Positions 17,936 through 27,787 of a DNA stretch of 64,000 bases are shown here, in pieces. The translations under genes were made by a program, and so were the position numbers. The first letter of the stretch is position 1. Each line of letters starts with the position of its first letter. The stretch comes from Gemmatimonadales bacterium. Its GTDB lineage: Bacteria > Gemmatimonadota > Gemmatimonadetes > Gemmatimonadales > GWC2-71-9. A model generated the notes under the pieces. That model saw only the letters and a list, made by a program, of their open reading frames with translations, ran no database searches and was not told the DNA's origin. The stretch covers positions 2,271-66,270 of the forward strand of contig DATMAW010000161.1 in NCBI GenBank assembly GCA_035559715.1. The letters run 5' to 3'.

Positions 17936-19435
17936 ATGCGGTTCCTCGCGCACACGGCCGGCGTTTTCGCAGCCCTGGTCGCCTGCTCGACTCCGGCGCT
18001 CACTCAACAGGGCGCGGATGATCTTCGAGCACGTCTCATCGCCCGGGGCAAGTCGCTCGAGCTTCCCGGAAAATGGGACCCGCCACCGGGGAACGCGCTC
18101 GAGCATCACACCGCCGGGTTCGCCAAGACCCTGTGCTCCGCGGTGTTCATTACCGGTCTCGACCCGAGGGACGCTGCCGCCAACGTCGGTTTCTTTACCG
18201 GCCCGCCGCAATACCGCCGCTTCGTGGTGGACACCGTGGTCGATTACGCCCGCCAGGAGGTTCGGCTTCGTCTCAATACCGGCGTCACTCGGGTGGCCCG
18301 GCGGTTCAAGAGTCAGGGTTGTGTCGCGCTCCCCATCGGGCGCGACTCCGTCTTCTTTGTGCCGAGCGACGTCAGGCCGAACCTGCCCGAGCCAACCGCG
18401 ACTCCCTGGCCCATGGGCGACGTCATTCCCAGGACGCCGTGGCCGGCCGGGATCGACTCGGCGGCGTTCGCCGCGATCCTCGACACGGCGTTTGGCCCAC
18501 CCGAAGCGATGACGCTCGCCGTCGTCATCACGCACAACGGCCGGCTTCTCGGCGAGCGGTACGCGCCCGGTATCACCATTCACACGCCGCTCGAGAGCTG
18601 GTCCATGGGGAAGAGCCTCACCGGCACGCTCGTCGCCCGGCTGATCCACATGGGTGTGTACCGACTCGATCAACCGGCACCCATTCCCGAATGGCAGCAA
18701 CCCGGCGACCCGCGCCAGGAGACCCGCATCATGGACATCATGCGGATGTCGAGTGGGATCAGGATTCGGGCGCCTCAGGATCCCGATTGGAACGACTCAT
18801 TGGGCTATCCCGACCACCTGTACCTGTACACGGGAGGCGTGAACTCATTCCAATGGGCGGCCACGCGGCCGCAGCAATGGAAGCCCAATACGGTGGGCCG
18901 CTACCGCAACACCGACCCCGTGCTTGCGAGCTACCTGGTACGGCTCGGCGCTGAGAAACTCGGACAGGACTACCACGCGTTCCCGCAACGCGCGCTGTTC
19001 GACAAGATCGGGATCAGGAACGCCATCATCGAAACCGATCCCTATGGGAATTTCCTTGGTCAGGGATACGAGATGGTCGCCGCCCGCGATTGGGCGCGGC
19101 TCGCCAACCTGTATCTCCAGGACGGCGTGTGGAACGGCGAGCGCCTGTTGCCCGAGGGGTACGTGGAGTACGTGAAGACACCCGCGCCCGCGTGGGTCGC
19201 CGATGGACGTCCGGTGTACGGTGGCGGGTTCTTTTGGGTAAACGGCGACGGGGGCGATCCGATTCCTCGGGACGCATTCTCCATGCAGGGCGCAGGCGGC
19301 CAGAGCGCCACGATCATCCCATCCCACGGCCTGGTGGTGGTGCGCATCGGGAAGTACCGCGGCGCTCAGGCCGGCGGTCGCGCGTTGAACCGAGCGTTCG
19401 AGTTGCTCATGCGCGTGGTGCCACCGGTGCGGTAG
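17936..19435 (+). CDS. exported beta-lactamase-related serine hydrolase
   Basis: RBS GGGAGaaccgATG at 17936. Signal peptide MRFLAHTAGVFAALVACSTPALTQQ. SxxK nucleophile motif in SWSMGKSLTGTLV. The upstream 133 codons of the track ORF are Arg-rich junk. Confidence 0.85.
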   Translation: MRFLAHTAGVFAALVACSTPALTQQGADDLRARLIARGKSLELPGKWDPPPGNALEHHTAGFAKTLCSAVFITGLDPRDAAANVGFFTGPPQYRRFVVDTVVDYARQEVRLRLNTGVTRVARRFKSQGCVALPIGRDSVFFVPSDVRPNLPEPTATPWPMGDVIPRTPWPAGIDSAAFAAILDTAFGPPEAMTLAVVITHNGRLLGERYAPGITIHTPLESWSMGKSLTGTLVARLIHMGVYRLDQPAPIPEWQQPGDPRQETRIMDIMRMSSGIRIRAPQDPDWNDSLGYPDHLYLYTGGVNSFQWAATRPQQWKPNTVGRYRNTDPVLASYLVRLGAEKLGQDYHAFPQRALFDKIGIRNAIIETDPYGNFLGQGYEMVAARDWARLANLYLQDGVWNGERLLPEGYVEYVKTPAPAWVADGRPVYGGGFFWVNGDGGDPIPRDAFSMQGAGGQSATIIPSHGLVVVRIGKYRGAQAGGRALNRAFELLMRVVPPVR

Positions 19436-19454
19436 CAGCGACAAACAGAGACCG

Positions 19455-20111
19455 TCAGGCGGGTCCGGCGAGCGCCATGACGTCGCGCGGCGCCTCGAGC
19501 CAGAAGTCCGGCGCGTGGGGCTCGAGCCACTGTCTGGGGAACGGCCCCCACAGTGCCGCGGCTGTCTTCACGCCGGCGTCCCGGCCGGCCACAAGGTCGT
19601 GCGGCGAGTCCCCCACGAACACGGCGCTCGCCGGATCGGAACCAAGCTGCTCCAGCGCCACGAGCACCGGCCAGGGATCCGGCTTGTGGCGCGTCACGTC
19701 GTCCGCCGCGACGATGGCGTCGAACAGGCCCTCCAGGCCGCACTGCGAGAGACCCCGCAACGTGCCGCGGCGCAGCTTGCTCGTCACAACGCCCATGCGC
19801 ATGCCCTTCCCCTTCAGCGCCCGCACGACCTCGTCCACGCCCGGATACGGCTTCACCATGCTGTCGTGGTGGATGCCGTTGTACTCACGGTACGTGGCGA
19901 TCATCGCCGCGATCTCTGCCTGATCACTGGTGTAGGCTCGGAACTGATCCCACAGCGGCTGGCCCAATCCCTTGAGCCAGGCGTCCTCGCCCGGTTGTAC
20001 GCCGCGGTGCACTTCGAGCGTGTGACGGAACGTTCGGCGGATCAACTCGACGGAGTCGATCAGCGTGCCGTCCAGATCGAACAGATACGTGGTGAACGTG
20101 TTCTCGGACAT
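19455..20111 (-). CDS. HAD-superfamily hydrolase (phosphoglycolate phosphatase / PpaX-like)
   Basis: Motif I YLFDLDGTLIDS, motif II VVTSK, motif III/IV VFVGDSPHD. Start re-called to MSENTF... at 20111. Confidence 0.85.
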   Translation of the reverse strand: MSENTFTTYLFDLDGTLIDSVELIRRTFRHTLEVHRGVQPGEDAWLKGLGQPLWDQFRAYTSDQAEIAAMIATYREYNGIHHDSMVKPYPGVDEVVRALKGKGMRMGVVTSKLRRGTLRGLSQCGLEGLFDAIVAADDVTRHKPDPWPVLVALEQLGSDPASAVFVGDSPHDLVAGRDAGVKTAAALWGPFPRQWLEPHAPDFWLEAPRDVMALAGPA

Positions 20112-20133
20112 CAGACGTAATCTATCCTGACGA

Positions 20134-20163
20134 TTGACACCGCCGCCGCCGTAATGGTACAAC
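20134..20163 (+). promoter_or_regulatory. candidate sigma-70-type promoter with extended -10
   Basis: TTGACA (20134-20139), 18 nt spacer, TGgTACAAC (-10 hexamer 20158-20163), about 25-30 nt upstream of the zinc-ribbon ORF. Confidence 0.4.
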
Positions 20164-20188
20164 TCCGATTGCGTGAAAACGTGAGAAC

Positions 20189-20521
20189 TTGCCTGTGACC
20201 CTGATCGACTGCCCCGAGTGCTCGGAACGGGTATCCAGCCACGCCTGGGCTTGCCCGCACTGCGGATTCCCGGTGGTCGAGTATGAGCAGCAGACCCTCG
20301 AAGTCATCACCGGGTCCGATGCGGCGAAGACGGGCCGCCAGCGCTCCGCGTTGGCGCACCTGGCCAACTGGGCTCGGGCGTACACTGAACACAAGGGCGC
20401 GACCCCATTACCGTTCGCGGAGCCCGAGGGTCGCCGCGAGGCGCGCCGGCTCCGCTTCGTCGCAGGCGCCTTGGCCGCGGTGGTCGTTGCGCTGGTCATG
20501 CTGCTGTTGTACGGCAGATAG
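20189..20521 (+). CDS. zinc-ribbon protein with C-terminal TM anchor (hypothetical)
   Basis: CPEC...17 aa...CPHC zinc-ribbon spacing at the N-terminus and C-terminal TM FVAGALAAVVVALVMLLLY. The start is ambiguous (TTG 20189 or GTG 20195). Confidence 0.55.
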   Translation: MPVTLIDCPECSERVSSHAWACPHCGFPVVEYEQQTLEVITGSDAAKTGRQRSALAHLANWARAYTEHKGATPLPFAEPEGRREARRLRFVAGALAAVVVALVMLLLYGR

Positions 20522-20556
20522 CGGGCGGCAAGCACCCAACCCTGAGGAGCCCCTCC

Positions 20557-21741
20557 ATGCTTGGTCGGTTGCTCGGTTTCGCGATTGGCTCGGTCGCGTT
20601 TCTCGCTCCCACGCTCATGGCCACGGCGGCGGCTCAGGATCGTCCACCCGGTCAGTTTCGCCCGCGCCCGGGCGCGGGCCGGGAGCCGGAGTTCCCGCCA
20701 CCCACGATCCTCGAGTACAAGCCGCGCTCCACGCTCGTCGTTCCCGCGAACCCCGTGCCGCGGGCCAAGTTCCCTGCGGTGGACTTCCACGGGCACCCGC
20801 CGGCGCTCACGTCTCAGGACGTCATCAACAGCGTGGGCGCCGCCATGGACTCGCTCAACCTGCAGGTCATGGTGGTCAGTGGCCGAGGGGGTGAGCAGCT
20901 CAGACAGCAGATCGAGGCGGTGAAGGCCAGCCGGTACCGCGATCGCTTTGTGTTCTTCACCAACCTGAACCTGCGCGACGTTGGGCCGGGATCAGGCGCG
21001 AGAATCGCCGCGCAGCTGGAGGCGGACATCAAGGCCGGGGCCGTGGGCGTGGGAGAAATCGGCAAAGGCTTCGGCCTGTCGTTCCGTAAGGCCGACGGCA
21101 CGCGGCTCACGCTCGACGACCCCGAACTCGACCCCGTGTGGGAGACCGCGGCCCGCCTCAAGATCCCCGTGTTCATTCACGTCGCCGACCCGTCGGAGTT
21201 CTTCCAGCCGATCGATTACGAGAACGAGCGGTGGCTCGAGCTCGCGCTCTTTCCCGATCGGCGTTACAACGACAGGTCCCGGTATCCGTCGTTCGAGCAG
21301 CTGGCGGCGGAACGAGATCGACTGTTCGAACGGCATCCGAAGACCATCTGGGTGCTGGCTCACCTTGGCTGGCACGCGAACGACCTCGCGCGACTCGGCC
21401 GCATGTTCGACCGAATGCCGAACCTGTACAGCGAAGTCGGGGCCGTGCTGTACGACCTTGGCCGCCAACCGCGCACGGCTCGCGACTTTTTCACCAAGTA
21501 CCAGGATCGGCTGTTGTTCGGGAAAGACTCATTCCAGCCGGACGAGTATCCCTACTTTTGGCGGGTATTCGAAACGGAAGACGAGTACTTCGACTACTAC
21601 CGGGATTATCACGCGTTCTGGAAGATGTACGGGATGGGACTGCCGGACCCGGTGCTGCGGAAAATTTACTTCGAGAACGCACGCAAGCTTTTGCCGACGA
21701 TTGCAGCAGAGGGTTTTCCCGGCCAGGAGCCGAATGACTGA
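20557..21741 (+). CDS. exported amidohydrolase-family (TIM-barrel metal-dependent hydrolase) protein
   Basis: Signal peptide MLGRLLGFAIGSVAFLAPTLMATAAAQ. FPAVDFHGHP (metal-binding His pair), IPVFIHVADP, VLAHLGWH and LLFGKDSF fit the amidohydrolase_2 pattern. Confidence 0.85.
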   Translation: MLGRLLGFAIGSVAFLAPTLMATAAAQDRPPGQFRPRPGAGREPEFPPPTILEYKPRSTLVVPANPVPRAKFPAVDFHGHPPALTSQDVINSVGAAMDSLNLQVMVVSGRGGEQLRQQIEAVKASRYRDRFVFFTNLNLRDVGPGSGARIAAQLEADIKAGAVGVGEIGKGFGLSFRKADGTRLTLDDPELDPVWETAARLKIPVFIHVADPSEFFQPIDYENERWLELALFPDRRYNDRSRYPSFEQLAAERDRLFERHPKTIWVLAHLGWHANDLARLGRMFDRMPNLYSEVGAVLYDLGRQPRTARDFFTKYQDRLLFGKDSFQPDEYPYFWRVFETEDEYFDYYRDYHAFWKMYGMGLPDPVLRKIYFENARKLLPTIAAEGFPGQEPND

Positions 21742-21742
21742 C

Positions 21743-21964
21743 TCAGTTCAGGCTGCAACCGCCTCCGCAGCAGGTACCTGAGGGTGTGGGATCCGCGCAG
21801 CCGGCGGGCCCGCCGCGTTTCACCGCGATTCCCACCCACCCGGCGATTCGGCGGTCGGCCGGCTGGCCGCATTCCGGACATTCGGTCCGCACCTCGGCGG
21901 ACATTTTTTCCAACCGCTCGAACTCGTGACGGCAACTACCACAGCGGTACGTGTAAATCGGCAT
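21743..21964 (-). CDS. FmdB-family zinc-ribbon protein
   Basis: MPIYTYRCGSCRHEFERLEKMSAEVRTECPECG... with a C-terminal Cys/Gly tail (TCCGGGCSLN). This is the classic CxxC-CxxC FmdB regulator-like family. Start re-called to 21964. Confidence 0.85.
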   Translation of the reverse strand: MPIYTYRCGSCRHEFERLEKMSAEVRTECPECGQPADRRIAGWVGIAVKRGGPAGCADPTPSGTCCGGGCSLN

Positions 21965-22055
21965 GGGATGGATCGCCCGGCAACGGTTCACTGACAGAGT
22001 AAGGGTCCTCCGACTCGTCGCGCAAGCCGCCGGGCAAAATCTGGCGGGCCTCTGG

Positions 22056-22079
22056 TTGACGCGGAGTCTTGACGCGGAG
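22056..22079 (+). repeat. tandem direct repeat TTGACGCGGAG x2 (13-bp period)
   Basis: gg-TTGACGCGGAG-tc-TTGACGCGGAG-cg, read directly from the sequence in the 330-nt gap upstream of the DUF305 gene. Its function (duplicated -35 box or regulator site) is unknown. Confidence 0.9.
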
Positions 22080-22292
22080 CGCCAAACGGGAAATGCTGCG
22101 GATCGCGGGCGTCCACGCGATCCACGGGTTCCACTCCCAGTCCGTGGATGTTGTGCGCCGCATCACGGGTCGCGCCGGCGACTACCGGCCCGCGGGCATG
22201 CGGCACCGGGAGCCCTGGCGCTCCGCTGCGCGGTCCGCAGAGCTTCTTCACCCGAGGGCGGCGTGGATACAATCGTTGCACGGACCTGAGCG

Positions 22293-22985
22293 TTGAAAGG
22301 CGGTGTTCTTGGCATGAGCCGTTGGGCAGCATCCGGCGTTGTGTGTGGTCTCCTCGCGGCGATCTGCTTGGGAGCCTGCGGTGGAACCGGACGAGGGCCT
22401 GCGGCCGTGGGACCCACGGTCACTCCCCCGCCGCTCACCCCCGCCGCCCTGTCGCGCGCGGACGGCGGGCGGCCGCCATTCTCCCCCGCCGACGTGCAGT
22501 TCATGACCGGCATGATCCCGCACCATGCGCAGGCGGTCCTCATTGCGGGTTGGGCGGCCGCGCATGGCGCGAGCCCCGCCGTGCGCGTCCTGTGCGAGCG
22601 CATCGTCGTCGCCCAGCGGGACGAGATCGCGTTCATGCAACGCTGGCTGCGAGAGCGAAACCAACCGGTGCCGCCGGAGGACGCCTCCCACCACATGGCG
22701 GCCGGGGCCGACCACGCTCTCGCGCCCGGCATGCTCACCGGGGAGCAGCTGATGCGACTTGACGCCGCACGAGGCGCCGAGTTCGACCGCCTTTTCCTCA
22801 TGTACATGATCCAACACCATGAGGGCGCGCTGACCATGGTGGATCGGCTGTTTGCGTCGCAGGGCGCGGCTCAAGATGACGACGTCTACAAGCTGGCGGC
22901 GGACATCCATGCGGATCAGGTGACGGAGATCGAACGCATGCAGGCGATGCTCGCGGCGATGCCTTCCGCCAGCCGCAGCCCCTGA
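22293..22985 (+). CDS. DUF305-family (ferritin-like four-helix, metal-associated) lipoprotein
   Basis: Lipobox LLAAICLGAC and duplicated DUF305 motifs (FMTGMIPHHAQAV...; FLMYMIQHHEGALTMV...ADIHADQVTEIERMQAML). ATG 22314 is an alternative start. Confidence 0.85.
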   Translation: MKGGVLGMSRWAASGVVCGLLAAICLGACGGTGRGPAAVGPTVTPPPLTPAALSRADGGRPPFSPADVQFMTGMIPHHAQAVLIAGWAAAHGASPAVRVLCERIVVAQRDEIAFMQRWLRERNQPVPPEDASHHMAAGADHALAPGMLTGEQLMRLDAARGAEFDRLFLMYMIQHHEGALTMVDRLFASQGAAQDDDVYKLAADIHADQVTEIERMQAMLAAMPSASRSP

Positions 22986-23044
22986 GCATCTTGTCGTAGC
23001 GTCTTTCACCGACTCCGACTCCGTCCCTCACCGGATTCGAGGCC

Positions 23045-24916
23045 ATGAACTCGTTGTCGAACCACCAACGTCTGCCACTCTCCCTTTCGTTCGCGGCCGT
23101 TGCCCTGGCTGCCACAGCCTGCGGCGGCTCGTATGGCGGCCGCACCTCCGCGCCGGCGCCCTCCGAAGCCATGTCCGTCGAGCCGCCGCGCCCGGACCCA
23201 CGCGTGGGGCTTCGCGCCGGCTGGATGGACGCCGCCGAGGCGGTATGGAACCTCCGAGTGGTGTCGAAGACTCCGCCTTCAGATCCGTTCTTGAATCCTG
23301 AGACGCCGGGTGATCGCCGACTGACAAACTCGGACCTTGCCTTCACCCGGAACTACGTCATCCAGGGCAACTACAGCGGCCACCAGATCTGGGACGTGTC
23401 CAACCCGAGCCGGCCGACGTTGGTGAAGGCGTACGTCTGCCCCGGGTCACAGAGCGACGTGTCGGTGTACAAGCACTTGTTGTTCGTTTCCGGCGAGTCC
23501 ACCAGCGGCCGCCTCGACTGCGGGCTCCAGGGCGTGCCCGACTCCGTCAGCCACGAACGGCTGCGCGGCATCCGAATCTTCGATATCAGCGACATCCGGA
23601 ATCCGAAGTACATCGCCAACGTCCAGACCTGTCGGGGATCGCACACGCACACGGTGGTGACCGATCCGCGGGACAACGCCAATGTCTACATCTACGTCTC
23701 CGGCTCGGCACCGGTGCGTTCGCCCCGAGAGCTGCCGGGCTGCTCCGCGCTGCCGCTGGAAGAGGATCCGAACACGGCGCTGTTCCGCATCGAGGTGATT
23801 CAGGTCCCGCTCGCTCATCCGGAGCAGGCGCGCATCGTCAGCTCGCCGCGCATCTTCCAGGACCTCCCGGCCCCGCCCCGCCACGCCGAGCCGCCGGCCG
23901 ATTCCGCCGAGCAGGCCGCACGGATGCGAGCCGCCGGCATCGACCCATCCGTTCTGGCCGCTGCCGCGGCGCGCCGGCGGAGCGGGCCAACGCAGTGCCA
24001 CGACATCACGGTGTATCCAGCGATCGGCCTCGCGGGTGGTGCGTGCGGCGGCTACGGACTGTTGCTGGACATCCGGGACGTCGCCAACCCCAAGCGCATT
24101 GGCGCCGTGGCCGATTCCAACTTCTCGTTCTGGCACTCGGCCACGTTCAACAACGACGGCTCGAAGATCCTGTTCACGGACGAATGGGGCGGCGGATCCC
24201 AACCCCGCTGCCGCGCGACGGACAGGTACGAATGGGGAGCGAACGCGATCTTCACGCTGGCCAACAACCAGATGCGCTTCAAGAGCTACTACAAGATGCC
24301 GGCGCCGCAGACCCCGTACGAGAACTGCGTGGCGCATAACGGGTCTCTGATCCCCATCCCTGGACGCGACGTCATGGTCCAGGGATGGTATCAGGGCGGC
24401 ATCTCGGTGTTCGACTGGACCGACCCGGAGCGACCAGTGGAGATCGCGTTTCACGACCGCGGGCCCATGGACTCCACCCAATTGGTGCAGGCCGGCTCAT
24501 GGTCGGTGTACTGGTACAACGGCTACATCTACAGCTCCGAGATCGCGCGCGGCCTGGACGTGTTCGAGCTGGCGCCGAGCGCGTTCATTTCGCAGAATGA
24601 GATCGACGCGGCGAAGACCGTGCGGTGGGAGTACCTCAACGCGCAGGAACAGCCGCAGATCGTGTGGCCGCCGAGCTTTCCCCTGGCGCGGGCGTACCTG
24701 GACCAGCTCGAACGCGCTCGAGGTCTCTCGCCCGATCGCATCGCGGCCACCAGAGACGGGCTGGCGCAGGCGGAACGACTCTCGGGCCCCCGGCGTACCG
24801 AGGCCCTGAGCCAGCTCGCGACGCAGCTCGAAGCGGACGCACCACGCGCCGCGGACGCTGCCAAGGTACGGATGCTCACGGCGGCGGTCAGAGAACTGGC
24901 GAGTCTCCCTCGCTGA
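23045..24916 (+). CDS. exported LVIVD-repeat beta-propeller protein
   Basis: Lipoprotein-like signal (LAATACGG). Repeated LVIVD-type units: HQIWDVSNPSRPTLV, GIRIFDISDIRNPKYI, GLLLDIRDVANPKRI, GISVFDWTDPERPVEI, GLDVFEL. Confidence 0.7.
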   Translation: MNSLSNHQRLPLSLSFAAVALAATACGGSYGGRTSAPAPSEAMSVEPPRPDPRVGLRAGWMDAAEAVWNLRVVSKTPPSDPFLNPETPGDRRLTNSDLAFTRNYVIQGNYSGHQIWDVSNPSRPTLVKAYVCPGSQSDVSVYKHLLFVSGESTSGRLDCGLQGVPDSVSHERLRGIRIFDISDIRNPKYIANVQTCRGSHTHTVVTDPRDNANVYIYVSGSAPVRSPRELPGCSALPLEEDPNTALFRIEVIQVPLAHPEQARIVSSPRIFQDLPAPPRHAEPPADSAEQAARMRAAGIDPSVLAAAAARRRSGPTQCHDITVYPAIGLAGGACGGYGLLLDIRDVANPKRIGAVADSNFSFWHSATFNNDGSKILFTDEWGGGSQPRCRATDRYEWGANAIFTLANNQMRFKSYYKMPAPQTPYENCVAHNGSLIPIPGRDVMVQGWYQGGISVFDWTDPERPVEIAFHDRGPMDSTQLVQAGSWSVYWYNGYIYSSEIARGLDVFELAPSAFISQNEIDAAKTVRWEYLNAQEQPQIVWPPSFPLARAYLDQLERARGLSPDRIAATRDGLAQAERLSGPRRTEALSQLATQLEADAPRAADAAKVRMLTAAVRELASLPR

Positions 24917-24996
24917 GCCGGATCTTCAGGTCGCACGTGGCATGCGCCCACGCCCCTCCCCGTGGGAGGGGCGTTTCCTAGTCGGCGCCTGCACGA

Positions 24997-26811
24997 ATGT
25001 CCAGCCGCCCTCCCTCCCCCACCGGTCGCTCACGTCGAGTCCGCAAGAACCTTCGCCAGGGCATGGCGCTGGCCTGGGCGGCGTCGCCGCGCTCGTTGAT
25101 GCGCTATTCCCTGCTGGGAATGCTGAATGCGGCGATGCCCCCCATTGCGGTGGTACTGGGAGCCATGCTGGTGAACCGCATCGCCGAAGCGCAGGATCGG
25201 AACCTGAACCTCGATGACTTGCTCCCGATCGTCATCGGGTTGTGGCTCGTCGCGGTACTCCAACGCGGCATCGGATCGTACCTCGGCTACGGTAGGAACT
25301 TGTTCGTGCGGAGAGTCGAGTTGGAAGCTGAGCGACGCCTGCTGGCCAAGGCAGCCACCGTGGACCTGGGGCACTTCGACAACTCCGACTGGCACGATCG
25401 GCTCGCGCGCGCCAAGCGCGACGTGAATTGGCGTCCGGGGGACCTCACCTGGTCGGTCCTGGGCCTGTCGGGAAACATCGTGACAATCGTGCTCATGGCG
25501 GGGCTGCTGGCAAGTCTGCACTGGGTGCTGGTAATTCTGGCGCTCGCGGCGGCCGGACTGTCCCTGGCGCTCGAGCGGCGGGTCACGGCCAAGCTGTACG
25601 AATTCTTTTACCACGAGACACCGGAAGAGCGCGAGCGGAACTATCTGGGCGACCTGCTGGTGCAGCCACGCACCGCCAAAGAACTGCGAGCGTATGTCCT
25701 CGCCGACTATCTGCTCGACCGACATCGTGGGGTCTCGGAAGATCTGTTCGAGCGCCGGGCGCGGATGTACCGCTCGAGCACCCGCACGGCGCTGCTGACC
25801 GGGCTCGTGACCGGAACGGCATTGGCGCTCGCCTATCTGTTCGTGGCCATGCAGGGCGTATCGGGGACGATCAACCCGGGAGGCGTCGTGCTGGTGATCG
25901 GCGCGTTCACGTCGGTCTCGGGCACACTGGGCCAGATCTCGAGCACGTTCGTCGCCGTGGATCAGCATACGACGTTCCTCGATGACTATTTCTCCTTCCT
26001 CGCCGCCGAGACGCTGGTACCGGAACCGGCGAAGCCGCGCGCGCTGCCCAGCGGTCCGATCGGCGGGATTGCCATTGACGATGTGACATTCTCGTACCCT
26101 GGCGCGACCGAACCCGCCCTGCACGGGCTCACGCTCGACATCGGGCGCGGCGAGCTCATCGCCTTGGTGGGCGAGAACGGAGCCGGCAAGACCACGCTCG
26201 TGAAGCTGTTGCTGCGGTTCTACGACGTAAGCAGGGGCGCCATCCGGATCGGTGGGGTGGACATCCGCGAGTTGGATCCCCGCGCGCTCCGCGATCGGAT
26301 CGGTGTGTTGTTCCAGGACTTTGCGGCGTACGAACTGTCGGTTCGCGAAAACGTCGTCATGGGCCGGCCGGACGCCGCTCCCGGCGACGGCCGCGTGCTG
26401 GACGCGCTGCGCGCATCCCGAAGCGAGTGGCTGGTGGACAAGATGCCCAACGGACTGGATTCCAAGGTTGGCCGGTTGTTCGAGGGCGGGCATGACCTTT
26501 CCGGCGGGGAATGGCAGCGACTTGCGCTCGCCCGCCTGATGTTCCGCGACGCGGACATCTGGATCCTCGACGAGCCGACATCGTCCCTCGATCCCGAGGC
26601 GGAGGCGGCGGTCTTTGCCGAGTTGAAGGCAAACCTCAAAGGCCGGATCGGCATCGTCATCTCACACCGGTTCTCCACGGTGCGGATCGCCGACCGCATC
26701 GCGGTGATCGCAGAAGGACGCGTGACCGAACTGGGCACCCACGAGGAGCTGCTGGCCGCGGACAGGCGGTACGCGCGTCTGTTCGAGCTGCAGGCCGCGG
26801 GGTATCGCTGA
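24997..26811 (+). CDS. ABC exporter, fused permease/ATP-binding protein (MsbA/type-IV exporter-like)
   Basis: Six N-terminal TMs, then Walker A GENGAGKTT, signature LSGGEWQRL and Walker B ILDEPTSSLD. Confidence 0.9.
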   Translation: MSSRPPSPTGRSRRVRKNLRQGMALAWAASPRSLMRYSLLGMLNAAMPPIAVVLGAMLVNRIAEAQDRNLNLDDLLPIVIGLWLVAVLQRGIGSYLGYGRNLFVRRVELEAERRLLAKAATVDLGHFDNSDWHDRLARAKRDVNWRPGDLTWSVLGLSGNIVTIVLMAGLLASLHWVLVILALAAAGLSLALERRVTAKLYEFFYHETPEERERNYLGDLLVQPRTAKELRAYVLADYLLDRHRGVSEDLFERRARMYRSSTRTALLTGLVTGTALALAYLFVAMQGVSGTINPGGVVLVIGAFTSVSGTLGQISSTFVAVDQHTTFLDDYFSFLAAETLVPEPAKPRALPSGPIGGIAIDDVTFSYPGATEPALHGLTLDIGRGELIALVGENGAGKTTLVKLLLRFYDVSRGAIRIGGVDIRELDPRALRDRIGVLFQDFAAYELSVRENVVMGRPDAAPGDGRVLDALRASRSEWLVDKMPNGLDSKVGRLFEGGHDLSGGEWQRLALARLMFRDADIWILDEPTSSLDPEAEAAVFAELKANLKGRIGIVISHRFSTVRIADRIAVIAEGRVTELGTHEELLAADRRYARLFELQAAGYR

Positions 26812-26891
26812 ACGAGGACCGTGGCCACATCTTGGAGGCCATCGCCTCCACTCACGGGGGCTCTTTGCTGGAGGTGCGTGTGGGAAAAAAG

Positions 26892-27137
26892 ATGAAGGCG
26901 TACCTGCCGCGCTGGATGCTATGGATCGTGATGCCCATGCTGGTCCTGGTGTGGGGTGTCATCACCTACGTCACCTTCGGCACCCCGGAGGGGCGAGAGG
27001 AGCCCGGTGTCCTCGGCTGGCTCGTGTTGACCGTCATCGTGGTGTTGGTTGGCGTCATGGTGTACCTCATGGCGTCCGGTCGCCTGCCGGCCTACATCCT
27101 GGACATGGATGACGACGAGAGCCGTCCGTCGTCCTAA
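26892..27137 (+). CDS. small two-TM membrane protein (hypothetical)
   Basis: ATG 26892 lies within track ORF 26511..27137: MKAYLPRWMLWIVMPMLVLVWGVITYV...GWLVLTVIVVLVGVMVYLMA...DMDDDESRPSS. There are two clear hydrophobic helices. No homology was recognised. Confidence 0.5.
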   Translation: MKAYLPRWMLWIVMPMLVLVWGVITYVTFGTPEGREEPGVLGWLVLTVIVVLVGVMVYLMASGRLPAYILDMDDDESRPSS

Positions 27138-27164
27138 GGACACCGGGAGCGGCGCGCGCTCTCC

Positions 27165-27782
27165 TTGATCACAGCACACGAGGCGCTGAAGCGCCTGGAG
27201 GCGGGCAACCGCCGATTCATCAGCGACGCATCCGGATCAGCGCCGCGCCTGAGCCCCCTGGAGCGCGCCCGACTCGCCCAGGGCCAGGAGCCGTTCGCCA
27301 TCATCCTCGGCTGTTCGGATTCCCGGGTGCCAGCCGAACTGGTGTTCGATCAGGGGTTCGGCGACCTGTTCGTGATCCGAGTGGCCGGCAACGTCGTGGC
27401 ACCATCCCAGATCGGCAGCGTGGAGTTCGCCGCCGCACGCTTTGGCACACGTCTCGCCGTTGTGCTGGGACACACGCAATGCGGCGCCGTCATGGCAACA
27501 CTGGACGAGATCCGGCAGCCGGAGACCCGCTGGTCAAGGCACCTGAAGTCGATCGTCGATCGCATCAGGCCGGCGGTCGAGCCCCTCCTGCACGAGTTCG
27601 GCGATCAGCCGGCCGCCCTGCTGCGGCAGGCCGTGCGCGCCAACATCCAGGCCTCGGTGAATCAGCTGCGACACGGCTCCGCCATCCTGGAGCACCTGAT
27701 CAAGGCCGAGGGGCTCCTAGTGATCGGGGCCGAGTACTCGCTGGAGACGGGCGTCGTGGAGTTTCTCGACGCACCCACCTGA
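27165..27782 (+). CDS. beta-class carbonic anhydrase
   Basis: Zinc-ligand motifs CSDSRVPAE and HTQCGA, plus VIRVAGN. Confidence 0.9.
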   Translation: MITAHEALKRLEAGNRRFISDASGSAPRLSPLERARLAQGQEPFAIILGCSDSRVPAELVFDQGFGDLFVIRVAGNVVAPSQIGSVEFAAARFGTRLAVVLGHTQCGAVMATLDEIRQPETRWSRHLKSIVDRIRPAVEPLLHEFGDQPAALLRQAVRANIQASVNQLRHGSAILEHLIKAEGLLVIGAEYSLETGVVEFLDAPT

Positions 27783-27787
27783 CCGTC

